A stretch of 64,000 nt of DNA from Pseudomonadota bacterium (GCA_022361155.1 JAKSBK010000210.1:2364-66363); one strand, 5' to 3'. Counted from the stretch's first letter, positions 47,039-57,415 are shown. Numbers and translations: made by a program. The notes: generated by a model not told the origin, from the sequence alone.

Positions 47039-49354
47039 GTGGACGGCTACCGTGCAGACGGCTTGCACCGATTGCGATGTCAGCTAGTGTCGCGGTCGGG
47101 TCTTCGTATGCCGGACGGAGCCAAAGCGCAGTCCGCCGCGGGTTACATGGGAGTCGCTGGTGAGACACGGGCCGAGCGCGTCCACGTCCCGGCGGCGGAC
47201 GGTGGCCTCGACAGCGTGGAGATCTACCGCTGCATCAACGTGGCCACCGATCCGGAGCTCAAAGAGCGGGCGCTCGAGGGTCGCCTGCATCGCCTGGCCG
47301 ATGGACGCGAGCTCGCCGTGCCGTTTGTCTACCACGACCCCGCGTCAAGCAGGTTCGCGCTGGTGGTCCCGAGCGTGTTGGCCTACCGAGAGCTTCCCGA
47401 GCGTGCCCAGCTTCTGTGCGAAGTCGCGCGCGAAACCGCTCACGCCATACCCGCCTACGTGCGCGCCTGTCCGAGTCTCGTGGGACTCGACGCCCTTAGG
47501 AGCTTCCTCGAGCAAGCGCCTCAGCAGCAACCGGGGCCAAGACAAGCCAGCGCCACGCAAACAGCCAGCGAGCCCACGCAGCCGGAGCCAACGCCGCGCC
47601 CTAGAACGCCGCCAGGGCCCATGCACGAAAGCGTCGAGTGGACTACCCAGATCACCGAGGGCGAGCTGCACGAGGTACGTGAAGCGCTCAACGCTCTGGA
47701 CAGCGACGACGAGGTGGTGCCGCCCCCGTCGCAGGCTCCCGAACGGCACCCGGCCAGGGGCTCTCTACCACCCCCGATACGCAGCGCACCTCCCGGGCTG
47801 GGGTCCCGACCCGGAAGCAGGCCACCACCGCTGCATCGTAGAGCCGAAGCGGTGCCGCCCCCGCTGCACTTGACGCGCAGGTCAAGCCCGGTCCCGCGCA
47901 ACGATGGGCCGACGGCGGCGCTTTCGGCGCCCCAAGGGGGCGTCCGGTCGGCTCCCCCGCCATTGCCTCGACATGACGCAAGCCGCGACGGTAGCGAGCC
48001 AGGCAGAAACGACAGCGGCGACAGCGATAGCGACACCTACGCGGTAGCCGAGCCCACGCACGTAGAGGGTCCGCAGCCAGGTGTGGCTCCGCCACCTTCA
48101 TTCTTCGACACCTCGGGGCCGCATTTGGCCGCAGTGGTGGCCGGCGAGGAGCTTTGGCTGTTTGCTCGCATGGAACCGAGCTTCTTTGAAGCTCACCGGC
48201 CGCAAACACTCGAGCTGTGGGTGCAGGGGATCGAGGCCCAGGGCTGTCCCTTGGTTGTTGTCGTGCTAGGTGAAGCGCGGTCCGAGGCTTCACGCTACCT
48301 GTTGCGTGTACCGCTGGCGCTTCACGAGCGGGACGATAGGCGCGTGATCGACGCGCTCGTGCGAGCCTTCGAGGCCAGGGTGGCGCTCTACCGTGGCGAG
48401 CGCTACCAGCGCACGATCCAGGTACGCGGCCACGACCGCGGCACGCAGCTGCGGCACGTACTCGAACGGCTGGACCAGCTGCCGCGCCCGATGCCGCACA
48501 CAAGCGCCGCTGCCATGGCGCGGCTGCGTAGCGATCCACCGCCCTTCGAACCGAATGCCGCCAGCCTGTTGCTGCGCACGGACGCACATGGGCGCTACAG
48601 CGCGGTCCCTTCGCAAGCAGGGTCCCCCGCGGCGCGCGCGGCATCCACGCGACCAGCCGGGAGCACCCCGCCGCCCCCCCCCACCCCGGCAGCCGCGCGA
48701 GCCGACGCAGCTCCCGCACACCCGTCACCCCCGGTGGGAACCGGCGGGGACGGCGGTCACCGCTTGGCTACGCTCCTGACTATGTGCCGCAAACGTGACC
48801 CGGCCGCGCTGCCTAAGCTCCTTGCCGATGTGCAAGAACTGACCATCTTCGAGGCTGCCCAGGTATTCGCAGCGACGGTGGGCTTCGGCGGCAGCGTATT
48901 GCCGGTGCTGCTCGAGGGGCTCAGTGAAACGTCCCCGGCCATCCGCCAGCTGTCGATGCTGGCCATCGGCGAGCTCGGGGACAGCCGTGCTGTCGTCCCC
49001 ATGCTCCAGCAGCTGCGCCGCGAGCCAACCGAAGCGTGGCGCGAGGCCGCGAGGGCGCTCGGCTGCATGGGATCGGAGGTCTTCAAGGCCATCGACGACA
49101 GCCTCGACCTGAGTGACTACGAGGACCGCCACGTGCTCGCGCTCGCCCACCTGTCCAACCGGGGAGCGCTATCCGACTTGCAGAAAATGGAAAAAGGGGA
49201 CGGCCAGAAACGGCGCAACGTGGCCCGCAAGGCGCTCGCGGTTCGGGGCCTGGTGCGGAGCGAGGACCGGGCCGTTCGTTCCGCGGGGGTGCTTCCCAGG
49301 GAAGACGAAGTGAAACGATTGTCGCAGGGCTTCTACGCAGCGCTGCACCCCTAG
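47039..49354 (+). CDS. Hypothetical protein with Pro-rich linker and C-terminal HEAT/PBS-lyase-like repeats
   Basis: C-terminal LSETSPAIRQLSMLAIGELGDSRAVVPMLQQL repeats. Start uncertain (47039, 47108 or 47147). Confidence 0.55.
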   Translation: MDGYRADGLHRLRCQLVSRSGLRMPDGAKAQSAAGYMGVAGETRAERVHVPAADGGLDSVEIYRCINVATDPELKERALEGRLHRLADGRELAVPFVYHDPASSRFALVVPSVLAYRELPERAQLLCEVARETAHAIPAYVRACPSLVGLDALRSFLEQAPQQQPGPRQASATQTASEPTQPEPTPRPRTPPGPMHESVEWTTQITEGELHEVREALNALDSDDEVVPPPSQAPERHPARGSLPPPIRSAPPGLGSRPGSRPPPLHRRAEAVPPPLHLTRRSSPVPRNDGPTAALSAPQGGVRSAPPPLPRHDASRDGSEPGRNDSGDSDSDTYAVAEPTHVEGPQPGVAPPPSFFDTSGPHLAAVVAGEELWLFARMEPSFFEAHRPQTLELWVQGIEAQGCPLVVVVLGEARSEASRYLLRVPLALHERDDRRVIDALVRAFEARVALYRGERYQRTIQVRGHDRGTQLRHVLERLDQLPRPMPHTSAAAMARLRSDPPPFEPNAASLLLRTDAHGRYSAVPSQAGSPAARAASTRPAGSTPPPPPTPAAARADAAPAHPSPPVGTGGDGGHRLATLLTMCRKRDPAALPKLLADVQELTIFEAAQVFAATVGFGGSVLPVLLEGLSETSPAIRQLSMLAIGELGDSRAVVPMLQQLRREPTEAWREAARALGCMGSEVFKAIDDSLDLSDYEDRHVLALAHLSNRGALSDLQKMEKGDGQKRRNVARKALAVRGLVRSEDRAVRSAGVLPREDEVKRLSQGFYAALHP

Positions 49355-49400
49355 TTCCGCGGCCCGGGAATTCGAACCGGGGTTTCTGGGCCGTCGTGCC
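49351..49400. repeat. Possible degenerate core-less relative of the MITE family
   Basis: cTAGTTCCgcggcccgggAATtcg resembles TTAGTTCCCGCCCAGAATCG and is followed by the inverted ggtttctgggccg. The TAG at 49352-49354 is the stop of the 771-aa ORF. Confidence 0.3.
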
Positions 49401-49513
49401 CGAGTCGGCCAAGAGTGCACGGATGCACCTGGTGGCCGATCCGGATCGAAGTATCCGGCGGGTGCGCGGGGATAGACACGGTAGTGACCGCGTCCTATAC
49501 AGACTGACTATCG

Positions 49514-50251
49514 ATGCGCATCGGGGTCTTCAGCGACGTTCACGCCAATGTTGAGGCGCTGAGCGCCGTTCTCGAGGCCTACCGCGACGAACGTGTCGAC
49601 CGCTACTATTGCCTGGGCGACGTCGTGGGCTACGGTGCGAGCCCCAACGAGTGCATCGAATTGGTGCGAGAAACCGCCGAGCTCACGATTCTGGGCAACC
49701 ACGACGCGGCGGTGGCCGGGCGCATGGACTACTCGTACTACTACGAGGCGGCACGGCGCGCGCTTGATACGCATGCCCGTATGCTGACCCCGGAGCACAT
49801 GCAGTGGCTCAAGTCGCTCCCTTACAAGCATGACCTGGACGAGCTCGGTGTCTTGTTGTGCCACGGCTCGCCCGTGCGGCTCGAGGAGTTCGAGTACATC
49901 TTCGCCCCCGAGCAAGCCCGCGAATGCCTCGAGGTTTACGACGAGCTGGGCGACCTCACACTGATCGGTCATTCCCACTTGTGCAAGGTCTTTGCGCTCT
50001 CTCGCTACGATGTCCGCGAGCTGCCTCCGGCCAGCTTTTCCTTGGAACAAGGCTGGAAGTACATCGTAAGCGTGGGTTCGGTAGGCCAGCCGCGCGACTA
50101 CGACAATCGCGCGAGCTACACCGTCTACGACTCTGGGACGCGCTCTTTCGAATTCAAGCGGGTCGAGTACGACATCGACGCGGCAGCCAACAAGATCTTC
50201 GCCAGCGACCTCGAGCACAACTTCGGCCACCGGCTGTTCATCGGCGTGTAG
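49514..50251 (+). CDS. Calcineurin-like metallophosphoesterase (YfcE/MJ0936-like)
   Basis: MRIGVFSDVHAN, GDVVGYG, GNHD and GHSH motifs. Confidence 0.85.
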   Translation: MRIGVFSDVHANVEALSAVLEAYRDERVDRYYCLGDVVGYGASPNECIELVRETAELTILGNHDAAVAGRMDYSYYYEAARRALDTHARMLTPEHMQWLKSLPYKHDLDELGVLLCHGSPVRLEEFEYIFAPEQARECLEVYDELGDLTLIGHSHLCKVFALSRYDVRELPPASFSLEQGWKYIVSVGSVGQPRDYDNRASYTVYDSGTRSFEFKRVEYDIDAAANKIFASDLEHNFGHRLFIGV

Positions 50252-50371
50252 GCTGGATCGTGCCGAAGTTGACCGGGCCATCCCGCCCACTGCAAGATCG
50301 GGGGGGACGCCCGACTGGCAGGGGCTACGAAGGTGCCGCCGGTCGCTCATGGCTTGCACGCCGGCCGACCC

Positions 50372-51181
50372 ATGACCCTCGCATCCATCCGCGCGCGTAC
50401 CTACGAGCTATTGTCGGTCGAGCACCGCGCGGATCGCACGAGCCGCCGGTTCAACGGGCTGATCGGAGGCTTGATCGTGGGCAACGTGCTCGCGACGGTG
50501 CTGGAATCGGTGAGCTCGATTCGGCAGGGGCATGAAGCATGGTTCAGCTACTTCGAAACGCTGTCGGTGGCCGCGTTCAGCATCGAGTACGTGGCGCGGC
50601 TGTGGAGCGCGGCGGCCGGCTTCGGTGCCCGCGTGCGTCTGATGTTCCGGCCGATGATGCTCGTGGATCTGCTTGCGATCCTGCCTTGGTATCTGCCGCG
50701 CGCCGGCGTAGACCTGAGGGTATTGCGCGCACTGCGGCTGTTTCGTGTGGCGCGTGTCATGCGGCTCGGCCCTTACGTGTCGGCGCAGCGCACCTTGATG
50801 CGCATGTTCGAGCGCTGTCGTTATGAGCTCGGCGCGACCTTGGCCCTCGGCATACTGTTGCTGTTGCTCGCTTCATCCGGCATGTACTTCGTCGAACGCG
50901 AGGCCCAACCCGAAGCGTTCTCGTCGATTCCAGCGGCGATGTGGTGGGCCGTCGTGACGCTCACGACCGTGGGCTACGGCGATACCTACCCCGTGACCGC
51001 CGCCGGACAGCTCCTCGGGGGTGTGATCGCGACGCTGGGCATCGGCTTGTTCGCGCTGCCCACGGCGATTCTGGGCGCATCGTTTCTCGAAGCGCTCAAG
51101 GAGGAACGCCAACACCCGGAGCCCGCACGCTGCCCGCGTTGCGGCGCTGATCTCTCGCCCCGATCCCGAGGCGGTGCTTGA
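50372..51181 (+). CDS. Voltage-gated potassium channel (6TM, Kv-like)
   Basis: Selectivity filter TLTTVGYGD. S4-like LRVLRALRLFRVARVMRL with Arg at every third residue. Confidence 0.85.
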   Translation: MTLASIRARTYELLSVEHRADRTSRRFNGLIGGLIVGNVLATVLESVSSIRQGHEAWFSYFETLSVAAFSIEYVARLWSAAAGFGARVRLMFRPMMLVDLLAILPWYLPRAGVDLRVLRALRLFRVARVMRLGPYVSAQRTLMRMFERCRYELGATLALGILLLLLASSGMYFVEREAQPEAFSSIPAAMWWAVVTLTTVGYGDTYPVTAAGQLLGGVIATLGIGLFALPTAILGASFLEALKEERQHPEPARCPRCGADLSPRSRGGA

Positions 51182-51232
51182 TACGCCGCCTCGCTCGCGT
51201 AGCGATCGCTCGACCGGCAACGAAGCTCCTGC

Positions 51233-52147
51233 TCAGCGGTCACGCTGCGTTTCGGCAAAGCGACTCTCCAGCACATCGAGCGCGCGCAGCCGAGCGAAAT
51301 GCAGCAACGAGGCCAGGTGCTGTCTGGGCGAATCGAGCACGATGGGAAACAGCAGCAGGCGCCTGCGCCAAGGCGCGAGGCCGGGCCACCGAAACTGCAG
51401 CACGCCCTCGTGCGAAGCGGTCACGCGCCGCACGTAGCGCCGGCGCAGCGTCCGAGGTGACAGCCCCGCGAGCGTGGCCTCGGGCACTGGGCTCGAGAAG
51501 CGCTGGCGCGCAGAGGTGAGCAGCAGCCAGAGCGCGATGCAACAGCCCCACGAGCGGGCGCGCCCCGACAGCACATCCCAGCGGATCGGAAACGCGCGGA
51601 TGAGACGATGGGCGTCCTCGATGTTGCGCAGATCCGCATCGAGCCCGTGCCCATGGACGGTGCGGTGCAGTGCCAGGTGCAGCAAGCTGTCCTCGGCGCA
51701 CAAGCGCCGGACGGGCTGCCCCGAGAGCTCGCTGGTTTGCGCGCGAGCAAACAGGCCCTCGAGATCGATCCGGTAGCGGACAGGATGAATCAGGTTGGTG
51801 TGGATCTCGACCGGAACTGGACGGGCGGCAGCGCCCGAAAGGAAGGTACGCTCGTAGAACTGGCGCGCTGTGGCGGGGCGACCTGGCGGCGGCCTGATTC
51901 GATAACCCAGGCCTTGCAGAGCTGCGACCGAACGCTCCTGCTCGTCCGGGTGAACCAGCAGATCGATGTCGGTCACCTTGCGTTCGCCCGGCTCGTAGAT
52001 GCTTGTCCAAAACGCCGTGCCTTTGAGCAGCAGCGCATTGACCTCTTGGGCCGACAGCGCGCAGAGCACCTCTGCCAGCTGCGAGCCTACGAGCAGCTCG
52101 ACCCCGACGCGCGTCCAGCGCGGCCGTGATGGACTCGGATCGCACAT
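51233..52147 (-). CDS. Nucleotidyltransferase-family protein (NTP_transf_5-like)
   Basis: LLKGTAFWTSIYEPGERKVTDIDLLVHPDE matches the uncharacterised nucleotidyltransferase pattern (GxxxD.D). Family is recalled, not searched. Confidence 0.55.
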   Translation of the reverse strand: MCDPSPSRPRWTRVGVELLVGSQLAEVLCALSAQEVNALLLKGTAFWTSIYEPGERKVTDIDLLVHPDEQERSVAALQGLGYRIRPPPGRPATARQFYERTFLSGAAARPVPVEIHTNLIHPVRYRIDLEGLFARAQTSELSGQPVRRLCAEDSLLHLALHRTVHGHGLDADLRNIEDAHRLIRAFPIRWDVLSGRARSWGCCIALWLLLTSARQRFSSPVPEATLAGLSPRTLRRRYVRRVTASHEGVLQFRWPGLAPWRRRLLLFPIVLDSPRQHLASLLHFARLRALDVLESRFAETQRDR

Positions 52148-52175
52148 ACGCTGAGGTCCGGCCTGGAAAGCGCGG

Positions 52176-52394
52176 TCAAGCCGTTGGCGTGCCGCGCCCG
52201 CCAGTCCCGTCGCCGGCGAGGCCCCGCTCGAGCGATTCCAGCCCGCGCAGCACGGCCAACCGCAGGACGATCGATCGCGACACACGGCCCACGACCATCA
52301 TCTGATCGTCGTCGCGCAGCTGTGGGATCAGGCGGTCAGCGCGCTCAACCAGCGACTTCGGCAGGCGCAAGGTAACGATGGTCGAGTCTGCCAT
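52176..52394 (-). CDS. Ribbon-helix-helix (CopG-like) protein
   Basis: TIVTLRLPKSLVERADRL...SRSIVLRLAVLRGLESLE is an RHH pattern. Lies 28 nt upstream of the nucleotidyltransferase gene. Confidence 0.5.
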   Translation of the reverse strand: MADSTIVTLRLPKSLVERADRLIPQLRDDDQMMVVGRVSRSIVLRLAVLRGLESLERGLAGDGTGGRGTPTA

Positions 52395-52583
52395 TCACAA
52401 TCTCCGCATGGGTTGGGTATCACCCTCGAGTCTGCCGTCCGTCGTCTCGAGCGAACTACTCACCGCTGGGACAACACCTCGTTTCACTTTAACACGGCTG
52501 CCTGCATTCTCGTAAAGGTTACCCTGCAGCGGAACGATCAGCCCTGACACGAGAAAATCACATATTGGGTGGAAAAGGGGCTC

Positions 52584-53420
52584 CTACAACCCTTGTTCAA
52601 GTCGCCGCTGGGTGAAATCGGCATCGGTCACCGACGGCTGGTTGAAGCGCACGCCGTCGAACTCGAGCACGGTGGTCGATTCCACCTTGCCCTTGCGCAC
52701 AGTACGTACGGCGATGCGGTGCGCCATCCAGATCCCATCGACTTTGCGCAACTGGGTGAACTTCAAGTACTTGAGCTTGCGCCCTTCCATGACCCAGGCC
52801 TTGGACTGGACGGGCATCAGCTTCGACTTGCTGATCCACTGGTGGACCTTGAGGTAGCCGGTTTCCTTTTTCTCCTTGGCGGTGCGCGGCCGCGCTTCGA
52901 TCACCCAGCACTCCTCACCGTCGACCCGAGCCGACGCCTCGAGCAGCTTGTAGTCGTACTGAGCCACGTCCCGCTTGGTCATGTCAGCGTAGCTGATGTC
53001 CGTACCCAGAAACGAGCGCGACTTCTCGGACGTCGAGATACGCGTAGAGCGATGCAGGCTGGGCAGATACAGCCACTGATCGTCGTCCTTTTGACCCGCG
53101 TCGTAGTCGATCGTCAACAGCCCCGTGTTGCGAACGTCCGCCGGTGCCTCGAACAGCATCAGGGTCTTGCTGCCCCCTGGGAAATCCATGGAGCGTGTCC
53201 TTAGCGTGCGGACTCGCTTGCGACCGCTCGGATCGCCCAGCGTCATGGTCATGCGCGTCACACGCTTGTTGCCGTCATCGCGGTCGTTGACAGCTTTTGC
53301 AATCGCCCGCGGGTCGCGCGTGCTCGGTTCGATCGCATAGGCACGGGGCACGAGCGCAACGGCGAGCAGAACAAGCAGCAGGGGATGCACTCCGATCATC
53401 CTCGGGCACTCGCTAGCCAT
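52584..53420 (-). CDS. Outer-membrane lipoprotein-sorting (LolA-like) family protein
   Basis: Signal peptide. ...DDQWLYLPSLHRSTRISTSEKSRSFLGTDISYADM is typical of the LolA_like family. Confidence 0.7.
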   Translation of the reverse strand: MASECPRMIGVHPLLLVLLAVALVPRAYAIEPSTRDPRAIAKAVNDRDDGNKRVTRMTMTLGDPSGRKRVRTLRTRSMDFPGGSKTLMLFEAPADVRNTGLLTIDYDAGQKDDDQWLYLPSLHRSTRISTSEKSRSFLGTDISYADMTKRDVAQYDYKLLEASARVDGEECWVIEARPRTAKEKKETGYLKVHQWISKSKLMPVQSKAWVMEGRKLKYLKFTQLRKVDGIWMAHRIAVRTVRKGKVESTTVLEFDGVRFNQPSVTDADFTQRRLEQGL

Positions 53421-53544
53421 TTGCAGCTCCCTTCATCTGGTCGGCCGGCACCCGGGCGCGGGCAGCCTATGGTACTCTGGTCGCGCTTCAGCAGCAGCGT
53501 GCAATCCAGTTCGTCGCCAACCGATACGGAAGCAAACTCGGTCG

Positions 53545-54489
53545 TCAGGACCTGTCGGGACCCTGCCGGGCCCTGGCGATCGCCTCGCGCGCCTCGTCAA
53601 AGGCCTCGGGGCTCTCGACGCTGACCCGCGGCACCGCCCTGTCGATGCGTGCGAGCAGCGAGCTCAGCACGCGCCCGGGCCCGATTTCGACGAAGACCGA
53701 GGCGCCTGCTTCGAGCATGCGCTCGATCGACTGCTGCCACAGCACCGAGCGGCTGACCTGACGCGCAAGGGCGTCCCGGGCCGCCTCGGCACTGCGCACG
53801 GTCTCGGCATCCACATTGACGACCACGGGCCAGGCCGGGTCACGGAAGTCGGCCTCGCGCAGATGCGGCGCGAGCCGCGCTTCGGCCGGTCGCATCAGGC
53901 TCGAGTGGAAGGGCGCGCTCACAGCCAAGGGCCTGAGCTTCGCACCGAGCGCCTTGATCTTGATCCCCGCCCGTTCCACAGCCGCGGCCTCGCCCGCGAT
54001 GACCAGCTGCCCCGGGCAGTTGTAGTTGACGACTTCGACCGTGCCGCCGGTCTCGGCGCAAGCTTTCTCGATCGCGCTCGCGTCCCCGCCGAGAGCGGCT
54101 GCCATGGCGCCTTGACCCACGGCAACCGCCTCTTGCATGTACTGACCTCGGCGGCGAACCAGCTGAATCGCGTCCTCGAAACGCAGCGTGCCCGCAGCCA
54201 CGTGCGCCGAGTACTCGCCCAAGCTGTGCCCCGCCGCCAGGTCGCAGCGTTCGCCGAGGGCTCGAAAAAGTGCGATCGAAGTCGCAAGCAGCGCGGGCTG
54301 CGTATTGACGGTAAGGCGCAGCTGCTGTTCGGGTCCACGAAAACACAGCTCGGAAAGCGACTCGGACAGCACATCGTCGGCGCTGGCGAACACCGCCCGC
54401 GCCGCCGCGCTGTGCTTGGCCGCCGCCTCGCCCATACCGACTTTCTGCGACCCTTGCCCGGGAAATAGAAAAGCAACTTTGCCCATCAC
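53545..54489 (-). CDS. fabD: Malonyl-CoA:ACP transacylase
   Basis: FLFPGQGSQKVGMG and GHSLGEYSA active-site motifs. Confidence 0.9.
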   Translation of the reverse strand: MMGKVAFLFPGQGSQKVGMGEAAAKHSAAARAVFASADDVLSESLSELCFRGPEQQLRLTVNTQPALLATSIALFRALGERCDLAAGHSLGEYSAHVAAGTLRFEDAIQLVRRRGQYMQEAVAVGQGAMAAALGGDASAIEKACAETGGTVEVVNYNCPGQLVIAGEAAAVERAGIKIKALGAKLRPLAVSAPFHSSLMRPAEARLAPHLREADFRDPAWPVVVNVDAETVRSAEAARDALARQVSRSVLWQQSIERMLEAGASVFVEIGPGRVLSSLLARIDRAVPRVSVESPEAFDEAREAIARARQGPDRS

Positions 54490-54607
54490 AAGCTCATCTA
54501 CCCATCAAGCTCATCCATAGCACTTCCGTGTGCCCAAAACCCGCCACGCCGCCTGCAGCATACGTTCGGCGCGCTCGGACCGCGGCCCCGCCATCCCGGC
54601 TCCGCCA

Positions 54608-55093
54608 TCATTGCGAGTCAGGGGGGGGCGTGCCCGGAAGCGCTCCCTCGATCACGTAGCTGAGCGCCTGAACGACCTGTTCCGGGGTTTGCGCCACGAC
54701 GGCTGCTGCGGCGTCCACCTCTTTGAGCGCGTGGGTCAGGCTGGGATCGTGCAGCACGATGACGGACTTGCCGAGCGCCGCTGCATAGCCCGCGTCAAAG
54801 GCTGCGTTCCATTGCCGGTACTTCTCCCCGAAGCGCACGACCACCGCGTCGGCGCGTCCGAGCAGCGTTCGGGTGCGCACCGAGTTCAGCTTGGCACCCT
54901 TGTGGTCCTTCCAGAAAGCCTCGCTTTCGGGGCCCAGAATGCTCACGCCGCAGTTGTCGCTGCTGGCGTGATCGGTGATCGGTCCGGTGAGCGTGATCGG
55001 AAGACCCGCACGCTCGACGGCGGCCTCGATGCGTTGTCGCCAGTCGGTGTGGATCTCTCCGGACAGGTAGACTTGCCAGTGCTCCTTGCTCAT
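54608..55093 (-). CDS. YtoQ-family protein (nucleoside 2-deoxyribosyltransferase-like fold)
   Basis: VYLSGEIHTDWR...RFGEKYRQWNAAFDAGYAAALGK matches the recalled YtoQ pattern. Confidence 0.65.
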   Translation of the reverse strand: MSKEHWQVYLSGEIHTDWRQRIEAAVERAGLPITLTGPITDHASSDNCGVSILGPESEAFWKDHKGAKLNSVRTRTLLGRADAVVVRFGEKYRQWNAAFDAGYAAALGKSVIVLHDPSLTHALKEVDAAAAVVAQTPEQVVQALSYVIEGALPGTPPPDSQ

Positions 55094-55100
55094 GTTGACC

Positions 55101-56216
55101 TCATACGAAATTCAGGTGTTCTGGCGGCGCTCCCCTCGCAGCACGCAGCTGTACCAAGCCCTTCATGTGGGCATCAAGGGTCTCGTTCACCTTGTGCTGA
55201 AGGCACAGCGAGCCGCACATGACCTGCGCGTTGAACTCGGGCGAGGCGAGGTAGTTCATGACTTCCCAGTAGCGGTCGCTTGCCCAGATGTCCTTGAAGC
55301 GTTGCTCGCAGATGTTGCCGATATGCAGCTTCTTGTAGCGTTCGTTGAAGAGCATCCCGCAGGGGGCCACGAGCCCCGACCCGGAAAGCTGCAGCAGAAA
55401 AGGGGGGCCGTAACAGCGCTGATAGGATCGTTTGCCCTTGGCCTCGATCTTCGACCACTTTACCACGACCTTGTATTGCTGATCGGACATCGCTTCGGCT
55501 TCCCGAAAGCGGTCGTACAGGGACTCGTAACCCTCGTAGTCGACACCGAGCTCGCCGTCCTCGCTGTCGGAGCAGTGCTTGAGCACGAGGTAGTCGGGCT
55601 GAAGCCGCTTGCCCAAGCGGGCCAATGGCAGGATCTGATCGCCGTAGCCGGGCATGACGACCATCTGCATGCCGATGGTGACCGCGAGGCCGTTGCGTCG
55701 CTTGATCTCCATCATGTCGCCGATGTTCTGGCACACGCGATGAAACCACGCTTCCTTCACGCCCATGATTTGCGCGTAGCGCCGCGGCTCACCAGCCGAG
55801 ATGTTGACGCGCAGGTAGGTCAGGCAAGGCAGCAGCTCTTCGAGCTTTCGGCGCGTAAGCGCCAGGCCGTTGGTGCCCACAGCCATGGCCAGGCCGAGCT
55901 CATGACCCCTGCGCACCGTATCGACGAAAACCGGGGAAATCGTGCTCTCGCCGTCCGAGACCAAGCTGATGGCCTTGACCCCGATGCTCGCGCAATCCTC
56001 CAAGAAATCGAAGATGACCTGGCGCGTGATCGGCCTGCGGTCGTTTTCCTGAAGCATGGCGTAGCAGTATTCGCAAGCGAAATTACAGGCCCGCGTCAGC
56101 GCCATGTCGATCGTGATCGGTGCGATGCGCTCGCCGCGTTCCCAAGCGGCGACGCGCTCCATGTGCCACGCGATCTTGGTACCGTCCAAGAGCAGCTCAC
56201 CGGCTGGCGCCGTCAC
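55101..56216 (-). CDS. Radical SAM enzyme in the sugar-modification cluster
   Basis: LTRACNFACEYCY (CX3CX2C) and a C-terminal Cys-containing auxiliary region. ATGA-type coupling to the upstream gene. Confidence 0.8.
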   Translation of the reverse strand: MTAPAGELLLDGTKIAWHMERVAAWERGERIAPITIDMALTRACNFACEYCYAMLQENDRRPITRQVIFDFLEDCASIGVKAISLVSDGESTISPVFVDTVRRGHELGLAMAVGTNGLALTRRKLEELLPCLTYLRVNISAGEPRRYAQIMGVKEAWFHRVCQNIGDMMEIKRRNGLAVTIGMQMVVMPGYGDQILPLARLGKRLQPDYLVLKHCSDSEDGELGVDYEGYESLYDRFREAEAMSDQQYKVVVKWSKIEAKGKRSYQRCYGPPFLLQLSGSGLVAPCGMLFNERYKKLHIGNICEQRFKDIWASDRYWEVMNYLASPEFNAQVMCGSLCLQHKVNETLDAHMKGLVQLRAARGAPPEHLNFV

Positions 56217-57415
56217 GGGGCCTCCTGCAACAGCGCCAGGCGCCGCAGCTTGTTGCGATCCTTGAGCTCGGCCAGCAGCACTTCAAGCCGCGGGTCGATC
56301 TCATCCCGGATGGCGCGCTCGATCCTCATCGCGAGCCCTGGTTTCTCGTGTTCGGCAATCAAACGGGACATGCGCAGCACCACGCGCACGTCGAGCTGGA
56401 TCGCGAGGACCTCGATACGCTCGGGATGGTAGCCCAGGGGCCCGGCGTTGCGGGTGATGCTGCGCCGCAACGAAGCCAGCCGTTCGGGCTCGGACATGGC
56501 GAGCCAGCCGGCGCCCGGCAGCCGATCGTGGAAATTGGCGACCTCGTGGTTTCCCGTTTGCTCGCGGTAGCGGGCCGCGGCCAGCCGCAGCAGCTCGAGG
56601 GGCAGCGCGAACGCGGGATCGGCGGCTTGTGGTGTGACGATGCCAGGCACGGGGGGCGGCTGCGCGCGATCGCGCAGCGTGTGCTCGAGCCGGATCACGC
56701 CGTGGTCGCTCGCTTCCTGAAGCGGCAGGCCGAGACACAGCGCACACAATCGGTCCAGCAGGGCCCGCTCGAGGGCGTTCCGCGTGCCCGAGAAACACGC
56801 GTCGCGGACTACCTGCGCCCGCGTGTCCACCACCAGCCACAGCGCAACCGAGCCGACCTCGCCGCGCACCGTGAGCGAGCCGGTGCTTTCCTTTGGCGCG
56901 CGCTCGAAGCCGATGCGCGACAACCCTTCGCCGATCGCCTTGGCATAGACGTCCCCCATGCCAAGGCGACGCCCGACGTGCGCCGGGCGTGCCTGGGCGG
57001 TCTCGGGGGCGCCGTGGAGAGCCGTCCTGGTAGCTGCCCGCTCCCGTGGGCGCTGCGGGACCGATCGCCGCGGCGCACGAAGCGCATCCACGGCGAGCAC
57101 GACGCCGTCCTCGAGTCGCACCAGGCGCACCCGGCCGAACTCGCGGGCTGCTTGTTCCAGCTCCGCCAGGTCCATGCTGGCGGTGGTGGCAGCGCCCATG
57201 CGCAGCGTCAGCTCGGGCCTGCCGAGCTCGGCCGCCGCGTCCAGCATGTTGGCGACGCTGCGCATCGGATCCTCGTCGGGTACCCACAGCTCCAGGTAAT
57301 CCGCGCTCGGGCCGAAGCCGCGCAGCTTGGTGGCGAGCCCGCTACGGTAGTCTGCACAGAGCTGGTCGAAGTCGAGTGCGGTCCCCAGCCGATCCTGATC
57401 CAGCGTTTCGGTCAT
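56213..57415 (-). CDS. Hypothetical protein (400 aa) inside the sugar cluster
   Basis: Translationally coupled on both sides (ATGA at 57412-57415). No motif recognised with confidence. Confidence 0.5.
   Translation of the reverse strand: MTETLDQDRLGTALDFDQLCADYRSGLATKLRGFGPSADYLELWVPDEDPMRSVANMLDAAAELGRPELTLRMGAATTASMDLAELEQAAREFGRVRLVRLEDGVVLAVDALRAPRRSVPQRPRERAATRTALHGAPETAQARPAHVGRRLGMGDVYAKAIGEGLSRIGFERAPKESTGSLTVRGEVGSVALWLVVDTRAQVVRDACFSGTRNALERALLDRLCALCLGLPLQEASDHGVIRLEHTLRDRAQPPPVPGIVTPQAADPAFALPLELLRLAAARYREQTGNHEVANFHDRLPGAGWLAMSEPERLASLRRSITRNAGPLGYHPERIEVLAIQLDVRVVLRMSRLIAEHEKPGLAMRIERAIRDEIDPRLEVLLAELKDRNKLRRLALLQEAP

Noticed and set aside
49360-49400. tRNA-like T-loop sequence (minus strand GGTTCGAATTCC) that could indicate a tRNA gene or an att remnant.
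   Set aside because: - The flanking stems do not pair.
- No acceptor, D or anticodon arms can be drawn.
- The sequence is better explained as an inverted-repeat remnant of the MITE-like family.
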